From a virus: a stretch of 64,000 bases of DNA. Numbering within the stretch: the first letter of the stretch is position 1; each line of letters starts with the position of its first letter. The position numbers and the translations under genes are program-made. The notes under the pieces are model-generated. The model was not told the origin of the DNA. It did no database searches and was given only the letters and a program-made list of their open reading frames with translations. The DNA is taken from IMG/VR virus record IMGVR_UViG_3300006310_000001; one strand, given 5' to 3'. This document shows, piece by piece, positions 55,642-64,000 of the stretch.

Positions 55642-56590
55642 TTGTGTTCTCCTTTTCTTTTAACTCGTCTTGAATCTTTTTCTTACGTTCTTCTTTTTGG
55701 TTTTCTTTTTCTAATAGATAATCTTCGTATGTTTTCTCTACATTAGGTTCTTGTTGTTCTATAACTACTTCAACCTTTTCTTCTGTAATGACTTCTGCGT
55801 CTGACTCTTCAACAATAACTGGCTTTTCAATTTCCCATAAGCCTTTTTCGTCACCTTCTTTTATCAATTCTACTATACCTTTTTCTATTGCTTTTCTTAC
55901 TGCAAAGGTAACAGGTTCATTTCTTGCAACACCAACCTCTAACTCTAATAACAATGTATCAGCGTCAAAGTATTTGAATATATCTCCACCAGTTTCACCT
56001 GAAATTATAGTTTTCTCAACTACTATTGATATTACTACTTCACCAGTTTGTACATTAACTAATCTTAAAATAATAGTAACTACATCTTGTCGCCATTGTT
56101 TATGTGCTTGAATGCCTAAAATTCTTGCACCATAACCGCCTGTCTTTACATCACTATCATAACCTATAATTCCACCTGTAAGATATGCACCTGCAAACAA
56201 TAGTGGAGGTAAAGATTGTGCTTTATCACCATCAACTTGTTGTCTTGTAGAACGTATTAATTTTCGTTCTTGTAATAGACTTGGCAAACTTGCTCGTTCT
56301 ACTACTCTAAACCATTTGCCATCGCCTGCGTCTTGTAATGCTTTAATTAATATTTGATATGCACCTTGAGTTACTGCCGTACTCATTGTTGCATAATTGC
56401 CACCTGGTTTCTTTTGACCAGTTAAATCCATAAAATCATACACAGCAATTACAACAGGTTCACCGACAGGTGATTCTATTGTAGTTAAATTTTTAACTGC
56501 TGGTATTTGTTTTCTAACATCAAAGTCTGGCTTACCTGCACAACTAACTAACAATAATGTTAACAAAAATATTGCTATACTTCTAAACAT
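55592..56590 (-). CDS. csgG: curli secretion channel CsgG
   Basis: Lipobox LVSC; VAVYDF.D.TGQKKP; STAVTQG..LIKALQD; WFRVVER; LLQERKLIR. Confidence 0.95.
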   Translation of the reverse strand: MFRSIAIFLLTLLLVSCAGKPDFDVRKQIPAVKNLTTIESPVGEPVVIAVYDFMDLTGQKKPGGNYATMSTAVTQGAYQILIKALQDAGDGKWFRVVERASLPSLLQERKLIRSTRQQVDGDKAQSLPPLLFAGAYLTGGIIGYDSDVKTGGYGARILGIQAHKQWRQDVVTIILRLVNVQTGEVVISIVVEKTIISGETGGDIFKYFDADTLLLELEVGVARNEPVTFAVRKAIEKGIVELIKEGDEKGLWEIEKPVIVEESDAEVITEEKVEVVIEQQEPNVEKTYEDYLLEKENQKEERKKKIQDELKEKENTNEENDNGSSDSSSDND

Positions 56591-57042
56591 TAATCTTCCT
56601 TCGGCATAGTAAATGTCGTTACTGTTCCATCCGTTTCAGTAACAGTCACTACTACGTTACCTGTTCCTGAAGGTGTTGTCCACTCAACAAGTTCTCCACC
56701 AATTGGTGATGTAAATGAACCTGTATCTTGTTGTAGACCATCAGCACCAAATATATTTGTTGTAATTTGTTTTGCTAGTGCTGTATAGAACCTTGATTCT
56801 AAATTTGCTTTGAATTTTGCTACTGCTGTATTTTTAGCATCCTCTTTGACTTTATCAGCCGCTGCTTTTTCAGCTGCTTTTATAGCGTCTTTACGAGTCT
56901 TCTCTATATTTTCTACAGTTAAATAGTGTGATGATTTTCCTTCCCCACTAAAGGATGGACTATCAAATTTAAATGTTAATTCACTTGCATTTGCTATAGA
57001 ATATAATGATAATACTGCTAATATTGTAATGATTATTCGCAT
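56590..57042 (-). CDS. csgF: curli assembly protein CsgF
   Basis: ASELTFKFDSPSFSG; NLESRFYTALAKQI...FG. Confidence 0.88.
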   Translation of the reverse strand: MRIIITILAVLSLYSIANASELTFKFDSPSFSGEGKSSHYLTVENIEKTRKDAIKAAEKAAADKVKEDAKNTAVAKFKANLESRFYTALAKQITTNIFGADGLQQDTGSFTSPIGGELVEWTTPSGTGNVVVTVTETDGTVTTFTMPKED

Positions 57043-57063
57043 TTTCCTTCTCTCTTTGATGTA

Positions 57064-57071
57064 TATATTTA
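57064..57071 (-). promoter_or_regulatory. late promoter TATAAATA for the curli operon
   Basis: Exact consensus ~22 nt upstream of csgF. Confidence 0.7.
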
Positions 57072-57097
57072 TAAGATATCTGTACTAAATAGTACGT

Positions 57098-58753
57098 ATG
57101 ATTAAAATATTGACGAAAACGTGGGCAGTATATTTGACGTTGATTATATTACTTGGAATATATATATCAAATCCTATCTTGCTACAGTCAGCAAAACTAA
57201 ACACCTTTGATTTCTACCAAACATTTGGTAAGAATTATGAATCCAAGAGTTTAGTACTAGTAGACATATCAGACAAAGCATTAGAAAAGAATGGGCAATG
57301 GCCGTGGAAGAGAGATTTACTTGGTCGTGTCATAATCAATGCATATAAAAATGGTGCCGCTCTTGTAGTTCTGCAAGTAGTCTTCCCACATAAAGATAGA
57401 TTAGGTGGTGATGAAATGTTTTTGAAAATGATTTCAAAATATCCAATCATACTTACTGAAACCGATACTGTAAAAAATCTTATTAGTATCTCACGTAAAG
57501 CAATAGCAATAGGTAATGTATCTGCACCAGTTGATATAGATGGCACTATAAGAAAACTACCTCTTGATAAATCCATACCTGAAGTTATCTTAAAAGTTAT
57601 TAATGCAAAAACTTTAGCAGAAGATACTATTTGGATTGATTTCAGACATAATATTCCTAGAATAGATTACACCGATAAAGATTGGTCATCTGTAAAAGGT
57701 AAAATAGTTTTCATAGGTACAACATTCCAAGGTTCAACATTTGTTACTACTCCTAATGGATTAAAAAACACACACGAAATTATGGCAATCAGTACAGAAA
57801 CTTTATTGTCAGGTAATTTTATTAGTAGACCTTATTGGTTACCATATAGTGAATTTGCTTTTATACTATTAGGTGCTCTATTCTTTCTCATAGTTATACC
57901 TAGATGTGGTGTAATGTGGTCTGCGATATGGTTTGGTGGATACTTATTTGATTTAACACTTGCAAGTTCTTATCTATGGACGCAACACTTAATCATAACT
58001 GATTGGTTCAGTCCACTTGTAATAGGGTCTGTAATATGGGGTCAGTTAACATACAATAACTATTCAAAAGAAAATAAATTAAGACTACAAATTAAGAAAC
58101 AATTTGAACACTATCTATCTCCAGATATGGTTAAGAAACTACAAAAGAATCCATCTCTATTAAAACTTGGTGGTGAAAGAAAAGTAATGACGTTTTTGTT
58201 TTCAGACATACGTGGCTTTACTCCTATATCGGAATCTATGAAAGGTAATCCAGAAAAACTTACCAAGTATGTTAATAAGTTCTTGACTGTAATGACTGAT
58301 ATAATATTAAAAAATGGTGGTACTATTGATAAGTATATGGGTGATTGTATAATGGCATTTTGGAACGCACCCCTAGACAATCCAAATCATCAAAGACTAG
58401 CAGTACTATCTGCATCCCAAATGAAAAAAACAGTTGAAGAAATGAATAAGAGTGGAGAGTTTGACCCACCTTTAAAGATTGGTATAGGTATCAATACTGG
58501 TGAGTGTCTTGTAGGTAATATGGGGTCTGAACAACGTTTTGATTATTCTGTTATTGGTGACGCTGTTAATTTGGCAAGTAGATTGGAAGGTAAGAGTAAA
58601 GATTTTGATACTACAATAGTAATATCTCAACATACTGCTGAAGGTATTGACTTTGTTCCATTGGCAAGACCAGATGGATTTAAATTCTATAAACTAGGTA
58701 TCTCTACTGTAAAAGGTAAAAAAGAAAAGGTTAATTGTTTTTCTATTAAATAA
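57098..58753 (+). CDS. CHASE2-domain class III adenylate/guanylate cyclase
   Basis: LVDISDKAL..GQWPWKR (CHASE2), 3 TM, TFLFSDIRGFT, GTIDKYMGDCIMAFW, GDAVNLASRLE. Confidence 0.95.
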   Translation: MIKILTKTWAVYLTLIILLGIYISNPILLQSAKLNTFDFYQTFGKNYESKSLVLVDISDKALEKNGQWPWKRDLLGRVIINAYKNGAALVVLQVVFPHKDRLGGDEMFLKMISKYPIILTETDTVKNLISISRKAIAIGNVSAPVDIDGTIRKLPLDKSIPEVILKVINAKTLAEDTIWIDFRHNIPRIDYTDKDWSSVKGKIVFIGTTFQGSTFVTTPNGLKNTHEIMAISTETLLSGNFISRPYWLPYSEFAFILLGALFFLIVIPRCGVMWSAIWFGGYLFDLTLASSYLWTQHLIITDWFSPLVIGSVIWGQLTYNNYSKENKLRLQIKKQFEHYLSPDMVKKLQKNPSLLKLGGERKVMTFLFSDIRGFTPISESMKGNPEKLTKYVNKFLTVMTDIILKNGGTIDKYMGDCIMAFWNAPLDNPNHQRLAVLSASQMKKTVEEMNKSGEFDPPLKIGIGINTGECLVGNMGSEQRFDYSVIGDAVNLASRLEGKSKDFDTTIVISQHTAEGIDFVPLARPDGFKFYKLGISTVKGKKEKVNCFSIK

Positions 58754-58835
58754 ATGTTAATATCAAATAACAACTTAACCCTATAACTATTCCTAATACT
58801 GCAACAACACCTGCTAAGGTATATATTGTCTTCAT
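58746..58835 (-). CDS. hydrophobic micro-ORF (29 aa)
   Basis: Manually read MKTIYTLAGVVAVLGIVIGLSCYLILTFI. Confidence 0.4.
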   Translation of the reverse strand: MKTIYTLAGVVAVLGIVIGLSCYLILTFI

Positions 58836-58996
58836 TTTTTGTCTGTTAACTTATTAATAAGTTCAAACGCTACTTTAACTTTCTCTTCCAACACTTTAAT
58901 TCTATAGTGTGATTGTGCTAAAGTAACTATCAATAACACAAATGCTACTAGCATCGGCCAAAGTCTACTCAACATTAATACTGCTTCACTATCCAT
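58832..58996 (-). CDS. small membrane protein (54 aa)
   Basis: Manually read MDSEAVLMLSRLWPMLVAFVLLIV... Confidence 0.5.
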   Translation of the reverse strand: MDSEAVLMLSRLWPMLVAFVLLIVTLAQSHYRIKVLEEKVKVAFELINKLTDKK

Positions 58997-59181
58997 TACT
59001 GTACTATTTCATCTCCTGTTTTTACATTGGGTCTTGGTTTCTCACAAACAGAACAATCACATTTACTACAAATAATAGTTACTGTCTTTTGATTTCGTAA
59101 TCCATCTGGACTAGAAGTAATATACTCCATTAACTTTTCAGGACAATGAGCTTCCCTACCACAATTTTTACATTTTTCCAT
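58996..59181 (-). CDS. small Cys-rich protein
   Basis: CKNCGREAHC...CSKCDCSVC. Confidence 0.6.
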   Translation of the reverse strand: MEKCKNCGREAHCPEKLMEYITSSPDGLRNQKTVTIICSKCDCSVCEKPRPNVKTGDEIVQ

Positions 59182-60377
59182 TACTTTTTAAACTTTGTTG
59201 CCTCTTCTGAACCGCCTGTTGCTGTTCCTTTTGTATAAGAATGAGCACCCATACCTGCAAGGTCTCCATCTTTAACAATTAAATATTGATTTCTTATTTC
59301 TGTTCCATCAAATAAACACTCTAGTATTTCTCTTACACCAGCAGCATATCTTGTTTGTGCTGATAGTGAAGTACCTGAAGTGTGTGGTGTCATACCGTGG
59401 TTAGGCATTGTTCTCCATACGTGGTCATTAGGTGCTGGTTGTGGAAACCATACATCACCTGCATAACCGCTTAATTGTCCTGACTCTAATCCTCTAGCAA
59501 CAGCATCCTTATCACAAATTTTTCCTCTTGCTGTATTAATTATGTACGCACCTTTTTTGCACTTACTAATTAAATCATCATTAAACATATGTTCAGTTTC
59601 AGGATGTAAAGGACAACTTATATTAATCACATCACATACTGCAACTAACTCCTCAACTGAATTGTGATATATTAAATTTAATTCTTTCTCTTTATCTTCT
59701 GGCAATCTATGCTTATCAAAGTAATGTAGGTGTACATCAAATGGTTTCATCTTTCTTAACATATCATAACCTATACGTCCAGCAGCAATTGTACCTATAT
59801 GCATACCTTCTACGTCATAAGAACGTTTAACTGCGTCAGCTATATGCCAACCACCTTCGTTAACTATTCTATGTTGATTATGATAATCTCTAACTAGTGC
59901 TAGTATCATCATAACAATATGTTCTGCAACACTTCTACTATTACAATAAGTTACTTCAACTACATCAACTTTATGATCCATAGCCGCTTGTAAATCTACG
60001 TGGTCTGAACCAATACCTGCTGTAATTGCCATCTTTAAATTTGGAGCACTCTCTATTCTTTTTCTATTTAAATAGTACGGCCAGAATGGTTGTGATATGA
60101 CTACATCTGCGTCAACTAGTTCTTTATCTGCAACGCAACCATCTGCGTCTTTATCAGAAGTAACTACTAACGTATGTCCTGCGTCTTCTAAAAACTTTCT
60201 TAATCCTAATTCACCTGACACACATCCTAATAAATCACCTGGTCTAAAATCAATACCCTTTGGTGTAGGTAGTGTCATTCCATCTGGATACTTTTCTAAT
60301 TTTGGTAAGTCTTTGACTGGATATGATTTTGGCATTCCATCTTTAGGGTCGTCATATAATATACATAATATTTTCAT
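59181..60377 (-). CDS. fdh: NAD-dependent formate dehydrogenase (bacterial type)
   Basis: LYDDP..YPDG.TLPTPKGIDFRPG.LLGCVSGELGLRKFLE; ISQPFWPYY; GIGSDHVDL; AAGRIG; NTARG; GDVWFPQPAP; MTPHTSGTSLSAQTRYAAG. Confidence 0.96.
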   Translation of the reverse strand: MKILCILYDDPKDGMPKSYPVKDLPKLEKYPDGMTLPTPKGIDFRPGDLLGCVSGELGLRKFLEDAGHTLVVTSDKDADGCVADKELVDADVVISQPFWPYYLNRKRIESAPNLKMAITAGIGSDHVDLQAAMDHKVDVVEVTYCNSRSVAEHIVMMILALVRDYHNQHRIVNEGGWHIADAVKRSYDVEGMHIGTIAAGRIGYDMLRKMKPFDVHLHYFDKHRLPEDKEKELNLIYHNSVEELVAVCDVINISCPLHPETEHMFNDDLISKCKKGAYIINTARGKICDKDAVARGLESGQLSGYAGDVWFPQPAPNDHVWRTMPNHGMTPHTSGTSLSAQTRYAAGVREILECLFDGTEIRNQYLIVKDGDLAGMGAHSYTKGTATGGSEEATKFKK

Positions 60378-60380
60378 TAT

Positions 60381-60557
60381 CTATTTTCCTCTATTAATTG
60401 TTCTCTTAACTAAATCAACAGTACTTTTACTAATATCTTTAGTCCTTGTTAATAAACCACTACCTAGCTTTTCTATTGTTGCTCTAGTTTTTATCGTTGT
60501 TTGTTTATATTTTCCTGTTTTTGGATCATACTTTTGCTGTAAAAATTGCATTACCAT
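60381..60557 (-). CDS. small basic protein (58 aa)
   Basis: Manually read MVMQFLQQKYDPKTGKYK... Confidence 0.45.
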   Translation of the reverse strand: MVMQFLQQKYDPKTGKYKQTTIKTRATIEKLGSGLLTRTKDISKSTVDLVKRTINRGK

Positions 60558-60928
60558 TATTCCTTCTCCTTTTCTTTTTTCTTATCATCTGGTTCATAAT
60601 ATTCTTTATATTGGTCAAGTAAATCATTAGTGTGTTTCAAGTGTGCTCTTATTTGAGCAAAGTTTTTTGCAATTAATTGAAAGTCCTTATCACTCAATCC
60701 AAATAGTACTGGATCAAGTCCTTGTTCTTCCATCTTTTGGAATACTTCTTCTGCATTGTCAGAAGTAATTATAATCCACCTCAACTTTTCAAGTTCAGGC
60801 ATAGTAGGTTTAACTAAATCTAATTTCTGTCTAGGTTCTTCTAACTTAAATATTTTAAGTTGTTTCTCACCAATTGAACAACCAGTAAGTATTAGAACAG
60901 CAATGATACTAATTATTATACGGTACAT
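60557..60928 (-). CDS. lipoprotein, o-spanin (Rz1-like) candidate
   Basis: Start MYRIII; lipobox LTGC; Pro-rich N-region; overlaps the i-spanin candidate. Confidence 0.6.
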   Translation of the reverse strand: MYRIIISIIAVLILTGCSIGEKQLKIFKLEEPRQKLDLVKPTMPELEKLRWIIITSDNAEEVFQKMEEQGLDPVLFGLSDKDFQLIAKNFAQIRAHLKHTNDLLDQYKEYYEPDDKKKEKEKE

Positions 60929-61385
60929 AATTTGGGTTGGCAATGCTTGGACATTCCCTATTAATTTCTGATTTTTTAGTTGCGTTAATTTCTTTTTCGG
61001 TAAGTGGTGAACCACCTGCTATCTCTACACAACGGATTGCTTTATCACTAGCACCGTTAATAATTCTTTGTATAGTTTCTGTTTTTTCTATGGCGAGTTT
61101 ACCAAAGTCACGACCTTTTTTATTAAATCTTTTATCTAAATCATCTAAATCTTTTTTAAGAGCTGAAACAAGTTCGTTCATCTTGTTGTTTGCTTTTAAA
61201 ATTTCTTTAAAGTCTTCTTGTTGCTTAGCAATGAGTTCCTTTTGAGAACTCACTGCTTCTTCCAATTTGATTTGATTCGCTTTTAAAATGGCATTATCGG
61301 ATCGTAACTTCATTACATACATACCTGCACCTGCAAGTCCTGTAATCATCACAACTACCATCGCCATTTTTAAATAACCAAACAT
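60909..61385 (-). CDS. i-spanin (Rz-like) candidate
   Basis: N-terminal TM, long coiled coil, C-terminal Cys pair. Confidence 0.6.
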   Translation of the reverse strand: MFGYLKMAMVVVMITGLAGAGMYVMKLRSDNAILKANQIKLEEAVSSQKELIAKQQEDFKEILKANNKMNELVSALKKDLDDLDKRFNKKGRDFGKLAIEKTETIQRIINGASDKAIRCVEIAGGSPLTEKEINATKKSEINRECPSIANPNYVPYNN

Positions 61386-61391
61386 AACTTT

Positions 61392-61550
61392 CTAGTCTTT
61401 CTTTAGAACTGCCCAAGCTCCGTAAGCAATTGCCGCCCAAGCAGCAATTTTAGCAACTGGACTGAAAAACAAAACTACAACGCCTAATCCTATTAATACT
61501 CCACCGTGTAGTGATGTTAGTTCTTTTAGTCTTCCTGTTATAAAACCCAT
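61392..61550 (-). CDS. two-TM small membrane protein (holin candidate)
   Basis: Manually read MGFITGRLKELTSLHGGVLIGLGVVVLFFSPVAKIAAWAAIAYGAWAVLKKD. Confidence 0.45.
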   Translation of the reverse strand: MGFITGRLKELTSLHGGVLIGLGVVVLFFSPVAKIAAWAAIAYGAWAVLKKD

Positions 61551-61565
61551 ATTGGTTCTCCTTTT

Positions 61566-62147
61566 TTATTTTATCTTGGCACCAACTTTTCGGTGCTTAT
61601 TCCAAGCCAAAAAACCACCTAGTCTTAAAGAATAATATGCTAGATAGTTCATAAGATAGAATCCATTTACTCCGATATTAATATCTCTAAAGATTTCATC
61701 TGCTCTTTTTTGAGATATAACACCAAGGGTATCTGCCTTATTTATTTTTAATAGTGTTTGATATTTATAAGCATAATCGTGTACCAAACCACCCATTAAA
61801 AGTACTCCTACTGGTGATAAAAATGTATGCAAGAATTTTGGTATACTTGCACCGTCAAATTTAAATCCAGCTGGTATCGTATATTTTATATCGTTTAATT
61901 CGTATTCAAAATCTTCTGCAATTTCCCAATTTCTTGTAGTGAGTATCCACAAAAGAATTCCTTTAAAAAAACCTTTGCCTTTTGTTCTTATTGGCAACGC
62001 TCTCATAACTGGCATTTTATTATATGTAAAGTTATGACATTTAGGTTTCTTCTTATCAAATAAATTGATAATTAATCCTGCTATAATAACTAAAATTACT
62101 ATTGTCCACATCCAAAACTTCATTGCTAAACTTATTATTAGTTCCAT
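61566..62147 (-). CDS. DUF1353-like protein
   Basis: IPAGFKFDGASIP...GLVHDYAY...ADEIF. Confidence 0.75.
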   Translation of the reverse strand: MELIISLAMKFWMWTIVILVIIAGLIINLFDKKKPKCHNFTYNKMPVMRALPIRTKGKGFFKGILLWILTTRNWEIAEDFEYELNDIKYTIPAGFKFDGASIPKFLHTFLSPVGVLLMGGLVHDYAYKYQTLLKINKADTLGVISQKRADEIFRDINIGVNGFYLMNYLAYYSLRLGGFLAWNKHRKVGAKIK

Positions 62148-62148
62148 A

Positions 62149-62442
62149 TTATTTCTTTCTAGTTTTTATACTAGACGTTGGTTGTGCTCCTCTTACGTGA
62201 ACCATACCGCCCATAGTATTTTCTTTCTTTTTATTTCTTGGTTCTACTTTTGGATCAGCAGACAAAAAAGGTCTTTGATTTACTGCTGTTGTATAAGCAG
62301 CGTGTAATCCAACACCTCTAACATTTTTTCCACCTGCTCTTTTTTTAGGTGGTGTATCACCTAAACTTGCTATAGGTTGTGTATTTGAATAGTTTCCTAT
62401 TCTAACACCTGTTGTACCTATAAATTCTTTAAAACTTTTCAT
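62149..62442 (-). CDS. hypothetical (possibly virion) protein
   Basis: MKSFKEF start common in T4-like small proteins. Confidence 0.6.
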   Translation of the reverse strand: MKSFKEFIGTTGVRIGNYSNTQPIASLGDTPPKKRAGGKNVRGVGLHAAYTTAVNQRPFLSADPKVEPRNKKKENTMGGMVHVRGAQPTSSIKTRKK

Positions 62443-62765
62443 ACTCTTGCTTTTTCTTTAATAGTTTTTTTTCTTTTAGGTGTTTCAATTTTAATTTCTT
62501 CTTTCACAACTCCACTTATTTCATCAATCTTATTTTCAAGTTTATTTAACACTTTATAAACACCTTTCAATACAACATTGTTATTGTCTTCACTCTCTTG
62601 TACTTTTCTTTTTAAAGTACCCATAACTCTTTTCTTACCAGTTGGATTCATATCTACACCACCGTGTGCTACTGCATTTGCTGGTGCGTCTTCTTTTTTT
62701 TCTTTATCATCAATCTTGTTGATGAGTTCGTCCATCATATCTTTATAATGTTTTGGCATACTCAT
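62439..62765 (-). CDS. hypothetical protein
   Basis: EDAPANAVAHGGV motif. Confidence 0.6.
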   Translation of the reverse strand: MSMPKHYKDMMDELINKIDDKEKKEDAPANAVAHGGVDMNPTGKKRVMGTLKRKVQESEDNNNVVLKGVYKVLNKLENKIDEISGVVKEEIKIETPKRKKTIKEKARV

Positions 62766-63222
62766 ACTCCGATACTAGTTTATTATTTTGTTCATATATA
62801 CCTACACCTAGACAAGTCATTACTGGTTCATCTTCTATGTCTGGTATATCTCTTACTTCATTTAACATAGTTTCATACTGGTTAGTTTCTTTTAAATATG
62901 AAACTACACCTGCTTCTATTGCGTCTTTGTGTACCATTAACTGTTTATCTTCTCTCAATATCATTGCCATAGCACCAAAAAAAGAACCAAACCTACTACC
63001 TAATCCTACTTTTGCAAATAATCTTTTCATATTAAAAACAAACCTATGTAAATAAGTATATGCTTTTTTATCTTTACTTGCTTGCAATGTCTTATTAGGT
63101 CTTAATACTTTACCTTTCTTATCAATGATACCTTGTTTAAATGCTTCTTGCTTCTCCCAAGGTGTTATCAATAGTTTAACTACTCGGTAAGTTATTAACA
63201 TATCTATTGCTCTACTTGCCAT
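62743..63222 (-). CDS. conserved T4-like hypothetical protein
   Basis: YRVVKLLITPWEKQEAFKQGIIDKKG..AYTYLHRFVFNMKRL. Confidence 0.75.
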   Translation of the reverse strand: MASRAIDMLITYRVVKLLITPWEKQEAFKQGIIDKKGKVLRPNKTLQASKDKKAYTYLHRFVFNMKRLFAKVGLGSRFGSFFGAMAMILREDKQLMVHKDAIEAGVVSYLKETNQYETMLNEVRDIPDIEDEPVMTCLGVGIYEQNNKLVSEYEYAKTL

Positions 63223-63584
63223 TACAGTTCCTTTAACATTTGTTTTATCTTTTCATCTTCGTCTACATCAGGCATTTCGTGTTCATAAAGTAATTTAAGA
63301 TAGCTCAATACCGTTTTCATTACTGACCAATATTCTCTATCTATCTTAAACAATAACAAAGTTATTGCTACGTCTGCACCAAAAACATTTTGTAATACTA
63401 CAATGTGATTAATAATTAATCTTATTTTAACATCACCTGTAGTTTTATACTTACGAAATAACCTTTTAAGATATTTAAATCGTTTTATATCTTCCAAAAA
63501 CTCTACATTATCTTCCAATGTAGGATTGCTATAATTTTTCTGAGCAAATAGCAACCAATTATCTCTGGTTATTTCCTCAAACAT
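63222..63584 (-). CDS. conserved T4-like hypothetical protein
   Basis: NWLLFAQKNYSNP..EF.EDIKRFKYLKRLF..RLIINHIVVL.NVFG. Confidence 0.8.
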   Translation of the reverse strand: MFEEITRDNWLLFAQKNYSNPTLEDNVEFLEDIKRFKYLKRLFRKYKTTGDVKIRLIINHIVVLQNVFGADVAITLLLFKIDREYWSVMKTVLSYLKLLYEHEMPDVDEDEKIKQMLKEL

Positions 63585-63589
63585 CTGAC

Positions 63590-63976
63590 CTACACCAATT
63601 TAGCGTAGACCTTTGATGTTCCGTTTTTCAAAGTTTCATAATTAACTTCTAAATTTAGACCGCCAGATTTTTTGTGTGATATACCATCATCATTTAAATC
63701 AGAACCATCTGTATCTTTTCCAAACCTTCCACCAAATTGACTAACTTTCGCACTAACTTTTCCAGATGTTCCTTCCATATTAACTGGTGATACTGTTAAA
63801 CCAATTCGGTTTAGTTTTTCTCTCAAACTATCTACCGCTTGTTGTGGTTTAAGGTATTCCATATCTCCTATAGAACCTACAAAAGCATTAACTCTATTTA
63901 ATACTTCTGGATCGGAAACGTTATGAGCGCCTAAATTACCATCTTCAACAGCATTAGATGTAGCTGTGCCAACCAT
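63590..63976 (-). CDS. hypothetical protein (may extend beyond the window)
   Basis: 128 aa ORF at the window edge. Confidence 0.6.
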   Translation of the reverse strand: MVGTATSNAVEDGNLGAHNVSDPEVLNRVNAFVGSIGDMEYLKPQQAVDSLREKLNRIGLTVSPVNMEGTSGKVSAKVSQFGGRFGKDTDGSDLNDDGISHKKSGGLNLEVNYETLKNGTSKVYAKLV

Positions 63977-64000
63977 CTTGCCGTCTTCTGTTATGTGTTG

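Noticed and set aside
1-64000. Genome-wide stop-codon reassignment
   Set aside because: Core genes are intact under the standard code and end in TAA, TAG and TGA; only two isolated in-frame extensions were noticed.

Overview
A 64 kb AT-rich segment of a T4-like myophage genome. Almost all genes are on the minus strand; the only clear plus-strand genes are gp4 and a CHASE2 adenylate cyclase. It contains a baseplate/tail module (gp5, hub-like protein, gp53, gp48, gp4, tape measure, gp26/gp51, gp54, gp2) and replication, nucleotide and transcription genes (gp32, gp59, thyX, gp33, exonuclease, glutaredoxin, RuvC-like resolvase, nrdA, nrdB, gp61 primase). The host is probably a marine alphaproteobacterium such as SAR11; this is inferred from the permuted two-piece tmRNA, the AapJ-type binding protein, the curli locus and the low GC. 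The accessory content is unusually rich. It includes (1) an NAD-dependent formate dehydrogenase, (2) a permuted tmRNA with tag ANESYALAA, and (3) a ~12 kb sugar/modification island directly downstream of nrdAB (Gmd, ColD-type dehydratase, AsnB-type amidotransferase, several glycosyltransferase-like proteins, 2OG oxygenases, SET, ParB/Srx-like, GuaC). It also includes (4) a curli export operon (CsgF, CsgG, curlin-like, thioredoxin-like, FecR with a long acidic Trp-rich region) divergent from a CHASE2 adenylate cyclase, (5) a lipoprotein AapJ-like amino-acid binding protein inside the tail module, (6) IscA and a CDGSH-like mini-protein, (7) a candidate -1 frameshift fusing gp26 and gp51, and (8) a promoter-headed TACGCA iteron/hairpin array upstream of gene 5. 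All product calls come from motif recognition by eye, with no database searches.
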